A stretch of 46,744 nt of DNA from Catajapyx aquilonaris (taxonomy: Eukaryota). Positions 37,183 through 46,744 of the stretch are shown here, piece after piece; position 1 is the stretch's first letter; every line of letters starts with the position of its first letter. Location: NCBI GenBank assembly GCA_000934665.2, contig KZ538805.1:1-46744 (forward strand), given 5' to 3'. The notes below the pieces were generated by a model, which had not been told where the DNA came from, did no database searches, and saw nothing but the letters and a program-made list of their open reading frames with translations. Both the position numbers and the translations under genes were made by a program.

Positions 37183-38299
37183 TACGAACAAGTAAGTTTA
37201 GCAAGAGTCAATGTTGCATGTGTATTCGGTGGAAATTTGTTGCGTGTGTATCGGTGGAAATTATAACCTATTTATTCTGCATAAGCTCATTGTGTATTAT
37301 GTTATACAGTATTTTTTGTGAGATTTTTTTTTAAATGGGGCATAGGTGCCAAAACACTCATGTTGCCAAGCAAGGCTGTGATATACTGAAAGAATAAAGC
37401 ATTTTCAAGTTATTACTTATTGTTTGACCTTCTGTATAAATGAGAAAATTAATCATAAAAAATGCTTTTGATGTCACTTGGCATTCACTTATTCAACAGG
37501 CAGGGTGAGGCAAGAATTTCACAAACGGAGGTACAGGTCTAAACATGTAATGCATCCATGTGATATGTCATCCCCATCTGGTTATTTTCTTGGCATCTTA
37601 AGAAAAAATAGAAAAAAACCTGAACACTATGAAACTTCCCTGCATCAGTTACTCTTTAGAGAAATCATCTTCTCCACCAGTACCGGTACCAAATAACAAA
37701 TTGCCTTAAAGGGAAGTTTCCATGGAATTAATAAAGAAGGAAGGAAGGGGGAATACAAAGACTTCACTGTAACAAGTTTCAGTCATATTGTGCAATGTGT
37801 TTTGGCCAAGAATAGATGGCAGCTTACTTTAATGCCACCACCGACTTTGAACCCAACATACGAGAGATGTTTTTGAAATACCGAAATTTTAAATAGCACA
37901 TCAACTGACACAGAGAGCCCATTGTAGCTACCAAGTGCACTTAGCGACATGTTTTGACAACAAACTGCCATTTGGCCTATTCTGATATGATCATTAGTCA
38001 TTAAGCTACATTGCGGAAGTTTTGGGCATGAAGTACTTAAGTGAAGAGGGCCAAACTTTATCAATTTTCAAAAGTCCCCTCGACACTGGATAACTAGTGG
38101 CACTTGTGTTGCTCCCCCTGGATTCCTTGGAGAAAAATATATTCTCAAGGGGACCCAACTACTTGTTTACTTCAGCTATCACCTCTTTGTCCCCTCAAAA
38201 TCTTGACCCATGAAGAGGTTTTCAACTTTGAGAACAGGACAAAAGTCTGATGAGGGATGGGGGAGGAAAAAGCTTGAAGTCACAGACATCCTCTGCACA

Positions 38300-38960
38300 A
38301 TTCTGAATATGCAGGAATGCTTGCATGATGGCACAGGTCTCCAAGGTGCAACTTTTCGTGTCACGTGATGTCTTTTCTCAACTTATTCAAGAGGTATAGG
38401 AATAATATGGTCCAGTTAGAGTTCTTTCACGCTGTAAGTAGTCCACCAGCAACATCCCATTTAATAGAGTCCAAAAAATGCTGGCCAACACCTTACCCCT
38501 CTGATGGTTGCTGGTGGGGAGGGGATGATGAGGACTTGTTGAACTCCCGTGGTATGCATCACTGTTTTAGCATCTACATCAGTTCTGTACTCAAAGTGAG
38601 GCCATGGACCCCAGATGTCAAGGCACCATGCAGGCTGGTAGTGGTTCTGTAATGGTGTGAGGTGTGTTCATGGACCCCTACGCTGCATTTCTTGGTGATC
38701 ATTTGCAGCCCTTCACGGATTTCATGTATGGATATTCCAGAAAGATAATATGCACCTTGTCATTGGGCCCACTTGTCCAGAATTGGTTCTAGTCTGAGTA
38801 TTAAGGCAGTTCTGAAGAGTGGTGTGGCCACCACATTATCCCGACATGAACCCAATGGAGCATTTATGGGACATGGTGAAGAGGTCCATTTTCACCCAAG
38901 ATTCCACAAGATCCCAAACCTACAAATAGCTGGGAGCTACTGTATATGGACAGCTATCTA
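38300..38960 (+). pseudogene. Degraded Tc1-family transposase remnant
   Basis: Frameshifted motifs QAGSGSVMV*GVF, FQKDNNAPCH and WPPHYPDMNPMEHLWD, corresponding to the Tc1 QDNA and WPxxSPDLNPIEHLW motifs; left boundary approximate. Confidence 0.8.
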
Positions 38961-39058
38961 GATTCATTAAGTGCGTGTACTTAACAACTTAAAATACAAT
39001 AAAGGTCCATGCTATATACCCCGGAAGGGGTGAAAGCATTACCCACAAATTATTATAA

Positions 39059-39330
39059 ATATATAAATAAATAATAAATATACCCCGTGATAGGCCCCTT
39101 GGGCCTCTTAGGGGATCATCTTTTGAAAACTCGACTTTAATCATTTGCCTGAAATGTGATGGATTTTGATGGTGGGAGGAAACGGGAGAACCCCGAGAAA
39201 ACCCACGCGAACACGGAGAGAACCCATCGAAACTCTATCCACATAAGTATCCTCCGTCCGACCTGAGGATCGAACTCGGGACCTTAGAGGTGGAAGGCTG
39301 CGGCGCTAACCACTCGGCCACCGTGTCGCC
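39059..39330 (-). mobile_element. tRNA-derived SINE, family B, with a V-domain-like core
   Basis: TGGCCGAGTGG A box and GTTCGATCC B box; 17-bp TSD CCCACAAATTATTATAA; AT-rich tail. Confidence 0.9.
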
Positions 39331-39351
39331 CCACAAATTATTATAATTATA

Positions 39352-39762
39352 CAGGGTGGACAAACTTCAAGTGTCGTTTATAACGGCTATTAATAGAAGC
39401 GCTTTACGATTGACGTAGCAGCGACGTGTAAAATGTCCCACTTCGGCGCCATCGAAAATATTAGCTGCCAATATTAGCGTACATGTAATGAACCTGCTGC
39501 AATGAGTGCAACCACATGCGGCACCAATGCCAATCCGGCAGTCCGCAAAAAAGCCATTTCACACAGGCGCATGTCAGGTCATGTGTGCACCTCCTTTTTT
39601 CCAGGTCAACCCAGCAGCAGGGTTGATTCCGTGTGCTGCTACTGGCAGCTAAAATTTTCGATGGCGCCGAAATGGGACATTTTACACGTCGCTGCTACGT
39701 CATCGCTAAACTACTGCTATTAATCGCCGTTATAAAACTACACTTAAAGTTGGTCCACCCTG
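39352..39762. mobile_element. Tc1/mariner-type MITE
   Basis: TA|CAGGGTGGACAAACTT versus AAGTTGGTCCACCCTG; arms of about 120 bp. Confidence 0.85.
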
Positions 39763-40000
39763 GTATATTCCTTCCTGTAATAAAATTGGCCACTCGGTTG
39801 CGTTCGTATAGCGACCAATCTATAGTGTGCAAACTTTATATTGCAAATCAAAAAATTGAGAACCAATGGTATTGTCCATTTTTAAGAGATGAAGGTGAAC
39901 TTTCCAGGGTTGGTAATATTTATTACTGCTTATGAATGTCGTTCCTTAAAAACACATTAGCAATTCCTATAGCAGAACTCCTTTCCCACAGTGCATTTTT

Positions 40001-40085
40001 TTTGTAATGGGAAAATGACATAGCCAAGTCCACCCCAACTGGTGCGGTGGTGGTGGGCTTGGCCATGTAATTTTCCCATTACAAA
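40001..40085. repeat. Short hairpin / micro-MITE
   Basis: TTTGTAATGGGAAAATGACATAGCCAAG versus CTTGGCCATGTAATTTTCCCATTACAAA. Confidence 0.75.
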
Positions 40086-40534
40086 TGCATCATCAATTTT
40101 CCTACACGCCATTGTGCACAGAAAAAAATTCTTCGTACTCGCCCTTTTGGCCAGCGTGATCTAACGCCTAATTTAAAAATTTCACTGTTCGGTGGGTTAA
40201 TATCTTCACACTTATATCTTCGTAAAAAGGAAATTTTGGACTAAGTTCACCCCGTTTGACGGTATCTGAAACGACGATATAGAAACCTTTTTGGCTCGGT
40301 AAAAATGTGCTGAAGCATCTTGAAATATGCACTCATTGACTTCATCAAAATGGTCTCTCATGTTGCGGATAATTTTGCCATTTAGAACCTTCAAATACTT
40401 TGTGATTCTTAGTTCCTCTGCAGCCTACAACATTTCTTGGTGGATGCTTGGTGGATGATTTATTGATTTTCATGTGCCAAATTCAACCTGTATAAATTGC
40501 AACCTAGGACTGGCAGCTCATAGCTTGTAAGTAC

Positions 40535-40760
40535 TTTATAATTGATATTAGGGAGGTTGGCCCGGCATTGCCTCTTCAACCTCCAAGGATATAGGGAAGG
40601 AAGGAAGCGGCTGTGGCCTATTATACGGAAGCGACCCCGGAATTATCCCAGGAAAACCACAGAAAACCACGGTCAGGATCGTCGGCCCCGGTATTCGGAC
40701 CCAGGACCTCCCGATTAGCAGTCGGACACCTTATCCACCATGCCAATAACCTGCTTCAGT
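40535..40760 (-). mobile_element. tRNA-derived SINE, family A, tail type 2
   Basis: Reverse-complement match to 31660-31881, including the GGAGGTTG...CAACCTCC tail. Confidence 0.88.
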
Positions 40761-41563
40761 AGCTTATTGTGAGTACTGTAGGTATGGCAATTCAATAGCA
40801 ATTGAGTTTTCAAAACATATTACGCTTAAAGTATAATATTCTAGAATAGAAGTTAGGCATTCCTGTGGGCCTGTTCAGTGTCAAAAAATGCAACATTATA
40901 ATATGTAGGCCCTTATGTCACAGTATAATGTGAAACAAATATTCACTATTTTTACTTTCCCAAAATAAGTGCTAAATATTTTTGTCATTTAATTCATGGT
41001 GTACTTGACTTACCTACTAGTAAAGCCTGTCACTGACTGTAAGCTGAAAGAAAATAAATGTCAAAATACTGTATCCTCTTGTTTTATATTGCACGTTGCT
41101 GACTGAGATATTCTAAACGTTCTGCAAAGTTTTCTTTTGTTATCAAGAGCTGATATTATCCACCATAATTATCTGAGTTCACCTCCAAACAAGCCAGTTG
41201 GGTTGGGAATGGGATAATATAATTATGGTAGTCTACATTTAAAAATAATAATAAATAATTTTCCACAAATTTTGACTTATGTACACAAGTTATACACAAA
41301 TAAGTGTAATCCAAAATTTTATTGGGATGTCTTCTCATACTAAAATAATCCCTAAATAAATTGTGCCATGGATGTCACCTTTATGATGTCACAGAAAAAA
41401 CTCATGTTTTCTTTCTTTATTATTCAGTAGCACCATATGTCTATTGATTGTTACAAGAGTGCAGGTCAGGGTACACAAATTTCGAAAAAAAAGAGAAAAG
41501 AAAAAGCTGGCATTTGGGAATTAATGGGAACATAAATTGAATGACCTTTCTGAGTCAACAAGG

Positions 41564-41644
41564 CTATCCTGGTCGTCCTTTGATGACCTGCACCATCCCA
41601 TAGTCTTCATAAGCCAACGAGAGGTTCTCCATGGGCTCAACGAC
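41564..41644 (-). CDS. Possible terminal exon of the orphan gene
   Basis: Strong tgtctttttccag| acceptor; reads VVEPMENLSLAYEDYGMVQVIKGRPG* if joined to the AAG|gtgtta donor at 42058. Confidence 0.35.
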   Translation of the reverse strand, partial: VVEPMENLSLAYEDYGMVQVIKGRPG

Positions 41645-41802
41645 CTGGAAAAAGACACAACATCAGCAAGTGTAGTAGCTAATATGTAACAGTTTCCACA
41701 CAAGATTTTGTAAATAACTGGATAATCACTTTCAGGAGCACATCATTGTTTTCAGTGACCAATCAGCAGATATTTATTTATTTAATAATTAATTAATTAC
41801 TA

Positions 41803-41983
41803 CAGTTGAATCTGGATATAGCAGACTTCAAGGGACCATGGAAATCAGTCCGTTGTAACCAATGTCTGTTACAGCTGAACACAAAAGCCATATCTGGACG
41901 TGTGCCGGGACCGGCCTTTCGAGTCTGTTACATAAGCGAAAGTCTGTTTTAGCCGACGTTGTTATTATATCCCGATTCAACTG
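41803..41983. mobile_element. pogo/Tigger-type MITE
   Basis: TA|CAGTTGAATCTGGATATA...TATATCCCGATTCAACTG|CA. Confidence 0.8.
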
Positions 41984-42597
41984 CAGTTAATTTCTGGTGC
42001 CTTTCGGTCACCTGTCTCTCCATCCGAATTCATCATTTTCACTATAGTGACTAACACCTTATTAATACGGGTGTGTGGATATCCTGCAAGTGATTTTACC
42101 TCATCGTTGGGATCACAAAGCGTGTACAGGCTCTCGGCATAGAGCATCACCTTCTTCCTCATGTTCCCCATAATCTCTGACTTGCTCATGGGCGTATTTT
42201 TGGCCTTTCGCTCCTCATCACCCTTATCCTTGGCCTTTCGTTCCTCATCGCCCTTCTCCTTGCCACGTCCCTCCACTTCTTCATCAGATGAGGACGAGTC
42301 GTCATCCAGGCTGATAACTATCTCCTTGCCTGGCTTATTGGTAGGGTTAGGGCGGGTTGGGGCCAGGTTCCGGCTGATGTCTTCTGGCTCATCCTTCTGT
42401 TCAATCGGAGGCCGCCTCCTGCGCCACTTTGCCATGGTATTTTGCTGGACCTCGACTTCTGGTGTGGGGGCAGGTCCCTCTGGATTTGGCCAGTACCGGA
42501 CATACTCCTTCATGAGTGGGTAAAACTCATCCTTCTTCGCCTGGTTGAAATCCTTGGGCCTGGCCATGGGCCGCCTGACCGATCCCTTCCCATGCCA
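41977..42597 (-). CDS. Orphan Lys/Glu-rich protein, exon 2
   Basis: ttttatag| phase-0 acceptor; 206 open codons; elevated GC; in-frame 27-nt duplication (KGDEERKAK twice). Confidence 0.65.
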   Translation of the reverse strand, partial: WHGKGSVRRPMARPKDFNQAKKDEFYPLMKEYVRYWPNPEGPAPTPEVEVQQNTMAKWRRRRPPIEQKDEPEDISRNLAPTRPNPTNKPGKEIVISLDDDSSSSDEEVEGRGKEKGDEERKAKDKGDEERKAKNTPMSKSEIMGNMRKKVMLYAESLYTLCDPNDEVKSLAGYPHTRINKVLVTIVKMMNSDGETGDRKAPEINCS

Positions 42598-42657
42598 CTA
42601 TAAAATGGAACGTGACTATATATTGCTCTCTTTGGGTGCAAAATGTGAGTTATTTAC

Positions 42658-42783
42658 CTCCCGTTGAGCCAACGAGTTGTCCTCTTCCTTGTCCTTGTTT
42701 GGGGTCACGCATTTGACCAGGAGAGACGAGGCCTCGTCCTCAGATCTACCTGCCCAGCTCCCTTCACCTGATGATGCAGCCAT
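42658..42783 (-). CDS. Orphan Lys/Glu-rich protein, exon 1
   Basis: gaaaATGGCT start, 42 codons, GAG|gtaaat donor and a 60-nt intron that preserves the frame. Confidence 0.65.
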
Positions 42784-42889
42784 TTTCCTATTCTCCAGTT
42801 CTCCTTCGATGTTGCCAGCAGGAAAAGGGTGGCCAACAGGACATGGATTTCACAATGAGAAAGCAGGGTTGCCAATAACAGTAGTGTTT

Positions 42890-43239
42890 TTTTTTTTAAT
42901 GTACCCCGTTATAGGGCCATAGGCCCTTATAGGGGAGTGGGACACCACCATTTTATTCGTTCTATTTTCTATATATTTTTCTTCCAACTCCGGTGCAAGG
43001 ACGAAAGGACATGGGGTAAGGATAGGGATTTATTGGGGAGGGAACATAGGTGCAAGTGCAATGTCTACAAATGGGTCATGTGCTGTCCCCCAGGAGGTTA
43101 GGTTGCCAGACACCTCCTTGGTGCAGGTCAGAGACCCTCCTGACGCAGGTGAAAGGAAAGTTCCCCAGGCGGGGATCGAACCTGGGGCCTTTCACTCAGC
43201 AAGCCGTGACGTTACCATCACGGCCACCACACCTCCCCC
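42890..43239 (-). mobile_element. tRNA-derived SINE, family C
   Basis: TGGCCGTGATGG A box, GGTTCGATCCC B box, poly-A tail and an 18-bp TSD CCAATAACAGTAGTGTTT. Confidence 0.9.
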
Positions 43240-43328
43240 CCAATAACAGTAGTGTTTCCCAAAATGGCCGTACGAGGGCGCTTTTGGAGGCGCCAAAATT
43301 CAGTGTTCGACCTGTTCGATCATATATA

Positions 43329-43769
43329 CCAGGGTGTATCTGAACTCAGTGCCCCGACGTATATGACTGATGCCTTCCTAGCCACCAGAGGATCGATTTA
43401 AGTATAGGAGTCATATGTCTGGGCTGCCTCATTACGGAGATAATTGGCCGCAAACATGTAGTACAAAATATCCTGTCGGTTAGGCCACCCATCGAACCCT
43501 CCCCCAGTCAGAAGGCTCTGGAAGGTCTGGGGGCGGGACTTTGTTGGTTTGTTGCCCACAGGTGGTAAGGCCTCTTTGGCTAGTTACACCAGAAAATTCT
43601 ATTTAAAAGTCAGAAGGAGCGATTAGGCAAAAATCGCTAAAGAGTGTATCTCAGTAATGAGGCTGCCCAGACATATGACTCCTATACTTAAATCGATCCT
43701 CTGGTTGCTAGGAAGGCAGTCATATACGTTACGTCGGGGCACTGACAAGTGAGTTCAGATACACCCTGG
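43329..43769. mobile_element. Tc1/mariner-type MITE
   Basis: TA|CCAGGGTGTATCTGAACTCA...TGAGTTCAGATACACCCTGG|TA; arms of about 110 bp. Confidence 0.88.
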
Positions 43770-44696
43770 TATATACTTGATGTTGCAACCGTACCCTGTT
43801 ACAACCGACCCCGATCTCCCATATATACTTGTACGGGTATGTGTTGTGGGTGAAATATTATTATGCAAGGATGCTTATTCACGCATGGGCTCCAAATGGT
43901 GTCTGTCCACTCCGTTCTTTGGAACATTTATTGATAATATTAGGGACTGATCCAGCATGCAATGAAAACAATGCCTGGATGGCTCAGGATAGTTTAGTGC
44001 TACATGCATCCCAGTCTTCGTCAGTAAAATAGAGGTAGTGGAATATTGGTGACAATCAACCGGTTCTTGAAAGATACTTCAGCAGGAGAGGAGAATGAAC
44101 CAGGCGCAAAAGTCATATTATGTTTCGTGCAAAATATTGGCAGAAATTAATTTCACAATTTTTAAGGTACTCATATGTAATTGAATTAATTATTCTGGCC
44201 CGAAACAAAGTTACAACAGCTTTTTTTCTCTCCTGTCCTGAAAAGGAAAACATTTAAATTGACAGGTTATTATTTGAACGGGCGCGGCACCTCTCTTGTA
44301 ATTTTTATGCCCGATTGGCTGGTGACAATTACACCTCAACTGTCAGTTTTGTTTGCGGTTTGAATAAGTTTACTGTAGGAGGCAGCCCGACCATATATTC
44401 AAATATTAAACTCCCGCTTTTAAGTTCGAATCGCCACTTATTCTTACGCCATGAGGCAACGCTGCACTTTATTTAACCATCCCAGACTAATTTAATTATT
44501 TTAGAGCATATAACTAAACTAGTAATTTTTGTCCTAAATTAATCAGAAGGGGTGAAATATTTTAACTCATATGAGTTATAAAGTATCCTGTTGGCAACGC
44601 TGTCATTTTGTGTCCGGTAGAAGTAGAAGTTCGAAGGGACCTCAGTGAGGTTATATAGAACGGGTTATAGAAGTTGTTAAAAGTCCATAATAACCA

Positions 44697-44759
44697 ATGA
44701 TGGCCCCTGTTCCCGCCCCTGGTCCCGCGCCTGGTCCCGCGCCTGGTCCCGCGCCTGCG
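44697..44759 (+). CDS. Candidate first coding exon (Pro/Ala/Gly repeat) of an unidentified gene
   Basis: ATG ATG GCC...GCG|gtgagt, a consensus donor; MMAPVPAPGPAPGPAPGPAPA is encoded by a 12-bp tandem repeat. Confidence 0.45.
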
Positions 44760-45090
44760 GTGAGTCTAGAACGGATGACCACATACTGAATTTGGTCATT
44801 ATTTACACAACGCACTAAGTTAACTGCTGGACTTGGGGATAGACATGTTCCACTATTATTTTGTTTCCTCCAAATACAATATTTCCAAATAACCCAGAGG
44901 CACAAACCAACCACAGTTGGTTAATAAATTTATTATTGTTCATTATTGCCATAATGGCATTCTAGGTTTGTGGTATTTTTGGGTTCTTTGGCAATTATGG
45001 AATTCATGCATGTTGAGATATAGCCTATTGCCTATCCACTGGAAGTGACCTATTAATTCATCTGATGCTAAGCCTATTTTTTTCTCCCAG

Positions 45091-45246
45091 CAGAATGCAT
45101 CTTTAACTCGGTTGTTGTCATGGACACATGTATTGTATGTGGCAATGGTTCTAGGCTCCTACAGTTGGTTCTTGGCAGGTCAAGATCCTGTGGATATGAG
45201 AATAGGCCATCAAGGTGTTATGAGTTGCATGGCAGCAATTTGCTGA
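45091..45246 (+). CDS. Candidate second exon giving a 72-aa peptide with one hydrophobic segment
   Basis: ttttttttctcccag| acceptor; phase-0 frame is open for 51 codons. Confidence 0.3.
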   Translation, partial: QNASLTRLLSWTHVLYVAMVLGSYSWFLAGQDPVDMRIGHQGVMSCMAAIC

Positions 45247-46711
45247 TATAAGTTCAGTTGCACAACAGCCAGGAAGGTTTCTTTTTAATTCAGTGTTTTC
45301 AACTAGGAATTTTCCCTGCAAGAGAATGTGCTTTTTGGCTGCTTTGCAACCAGACCATGTAAAATGTATAGGAAATCTACCTGAATATTGTAGGGGAAGT
45401 TTGGGTGTTTTGTCACAGTAACTTCCATGGCTATAACCAATAATGAGAAAGATTGCATGGGGTGGGAGACAGACAGAGAGATATGCCACTTTTTCTGACT
45501 TATTTATGACATAATTTCTCTCAACATCTACCCATTTCTTTATTGTAGCCAGATAGCCTTTGTTGCCTTGCGGCTACTTCCCAATCAAACCAATAAACAA
45601 GAAAGGTTGTAATGAGTTATAACAACATTCAAACTTCCACTGCATACGTGGAATGCACAGACTACACCTCAGTTGAAAAGTTAAATTATTGCCAAGACAG
45701 CAACTTTTGTTGCCCTAATAGGTTGTTGCAGTTGTCATTCTATGTCTGACAAGACTTGTGGGTGTTCCATTTCAACTTTCCTTGTTCCTGTTACTAGCTG
45801 CCACTGCACTGTCATAGTAGCTGTTAGGTCCTGTTGCATCGCCTCCAGGACTCATTTCCAGATGGAAAAGATCCAGAAAATATTGTTATTCACTGTCAAC
45901 AATGTTTCAAATAATGAATAACAAACTTTTCTGCGTCTTTTCAAGGCGAAAATGTTTCATGGACCTTAGTGATTCAACCAGAGAACAGCTATAGTGACAT
46001 CACACTGGACAACAGTGTCAGCATTGTCAACAATAAAACTAACACTTCAAGGCTTGTGACATCAGTAAAATTCTCTGATTGAATCAGTAATATATCATGG
46101 GCATACAAGAGAAACCTTATTTTGGCAGTAGCCTATTGAGGTTGACAAAAAATACCATTCTGCTGCTCTTTCATCTGGCAAAGTCCATTTACTCCTAAAG
46201 TCTCATATAATGGGCCAGCAAGCCAGGATTTTCTGTATTCCCTAGCCTGTATGGCAAGTACAAGGACAACTCTCTGTTTTAAATTATCTGGAAACTGATT
46301 TTTTTGGACTTAATATGGATTTCTGATGATATGCTCCGATTTTTCAGGCCTCCTTGCATTATCACGGGTTTGCTACCATATATGTGTGTCCAGCCTTCAT
46401 AAATTGTTCATAAATAAGTATTTAATAAAAGTGGTGCCCCTAGGGTTTCAGCTAAACCCATGATGGTGTAACCCAGCCTTAAAGGTCTGAGCAACATGTC
46501 ACCTTTGCTGACATTGCTAATTAGTAAGTTGAATGGTAAAAAAAAAGGTGATGCTATTTGGACCTTACAACAATCATTGTAGTATGTAGTCTACATGATC
46601 TTCCCACTGATTTCACTCAAGTGGAATCATTCAATACACTACAACATGAAATTAGATAATTTCTCTCAGGTCATTTACCATATCACCCTAGAAACCAGAC
46701 CTGCATATTCC

Positions 46712-46713
<2 letters not shown>

Positions 46714-46744
<31 letters not shown>
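46714..46744. repeat. (AT)n microsatellite at the window end
   Basis: Perfect AT run. Confidence 0.95.

Noticed and set aside
42161..42523. 120-aa plus-strand ORF
   Set aside because: The antisense shadow of the minus-strand orphan exon, which has the splice and start support.
44651..44914. Minus-strand ORF with a GAGP repeat
   Set aside because: It has no ATG start or splice support; the plus-strand reading has an ATG and a consensus donor.

Overview
AT-rich eukaryotic (insect-like, by inference) genomic DNA with small spliced genes in a transposon-dense background. Supported genes: the last two exons of an RGK-family GTPase (+); a complete 4-exon mRpL52 (-); an intronless tRNA-Arg(TCT) (+); a 5-exon RAB5IF/RCAF1/OPTI homologue (-), with exon 1 tentative; and, head-to-head with it, an unrecognised ~380-430 aa protein with beta-propeller-like blades and a C-terminal SOCS box (+). 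There is also a spliced orphan Lys/Glu-rich gene (-) and a candidate small membrane-protein gene (+). Introns and intergenic DNA hold about 25 non-autonomous DNA elements (piggyBac-, Tc1/mariner-, pogo-, Harbinger-, hAT- and P-like termini), many of them almost fully palindromic and some nested. Six tRNA-derived SINEs from three families are present. The most unusual signals are a 3' stem-loop shared by three unrelated SINE bodies, tail swapping within one SINE family, the uncharacterised SOCS-box gene, and long foldbacks in its probable 3' UTR. I found no CRISPR array, rRNA or prokaryote-type system. All calls were made by eye, without database searches.
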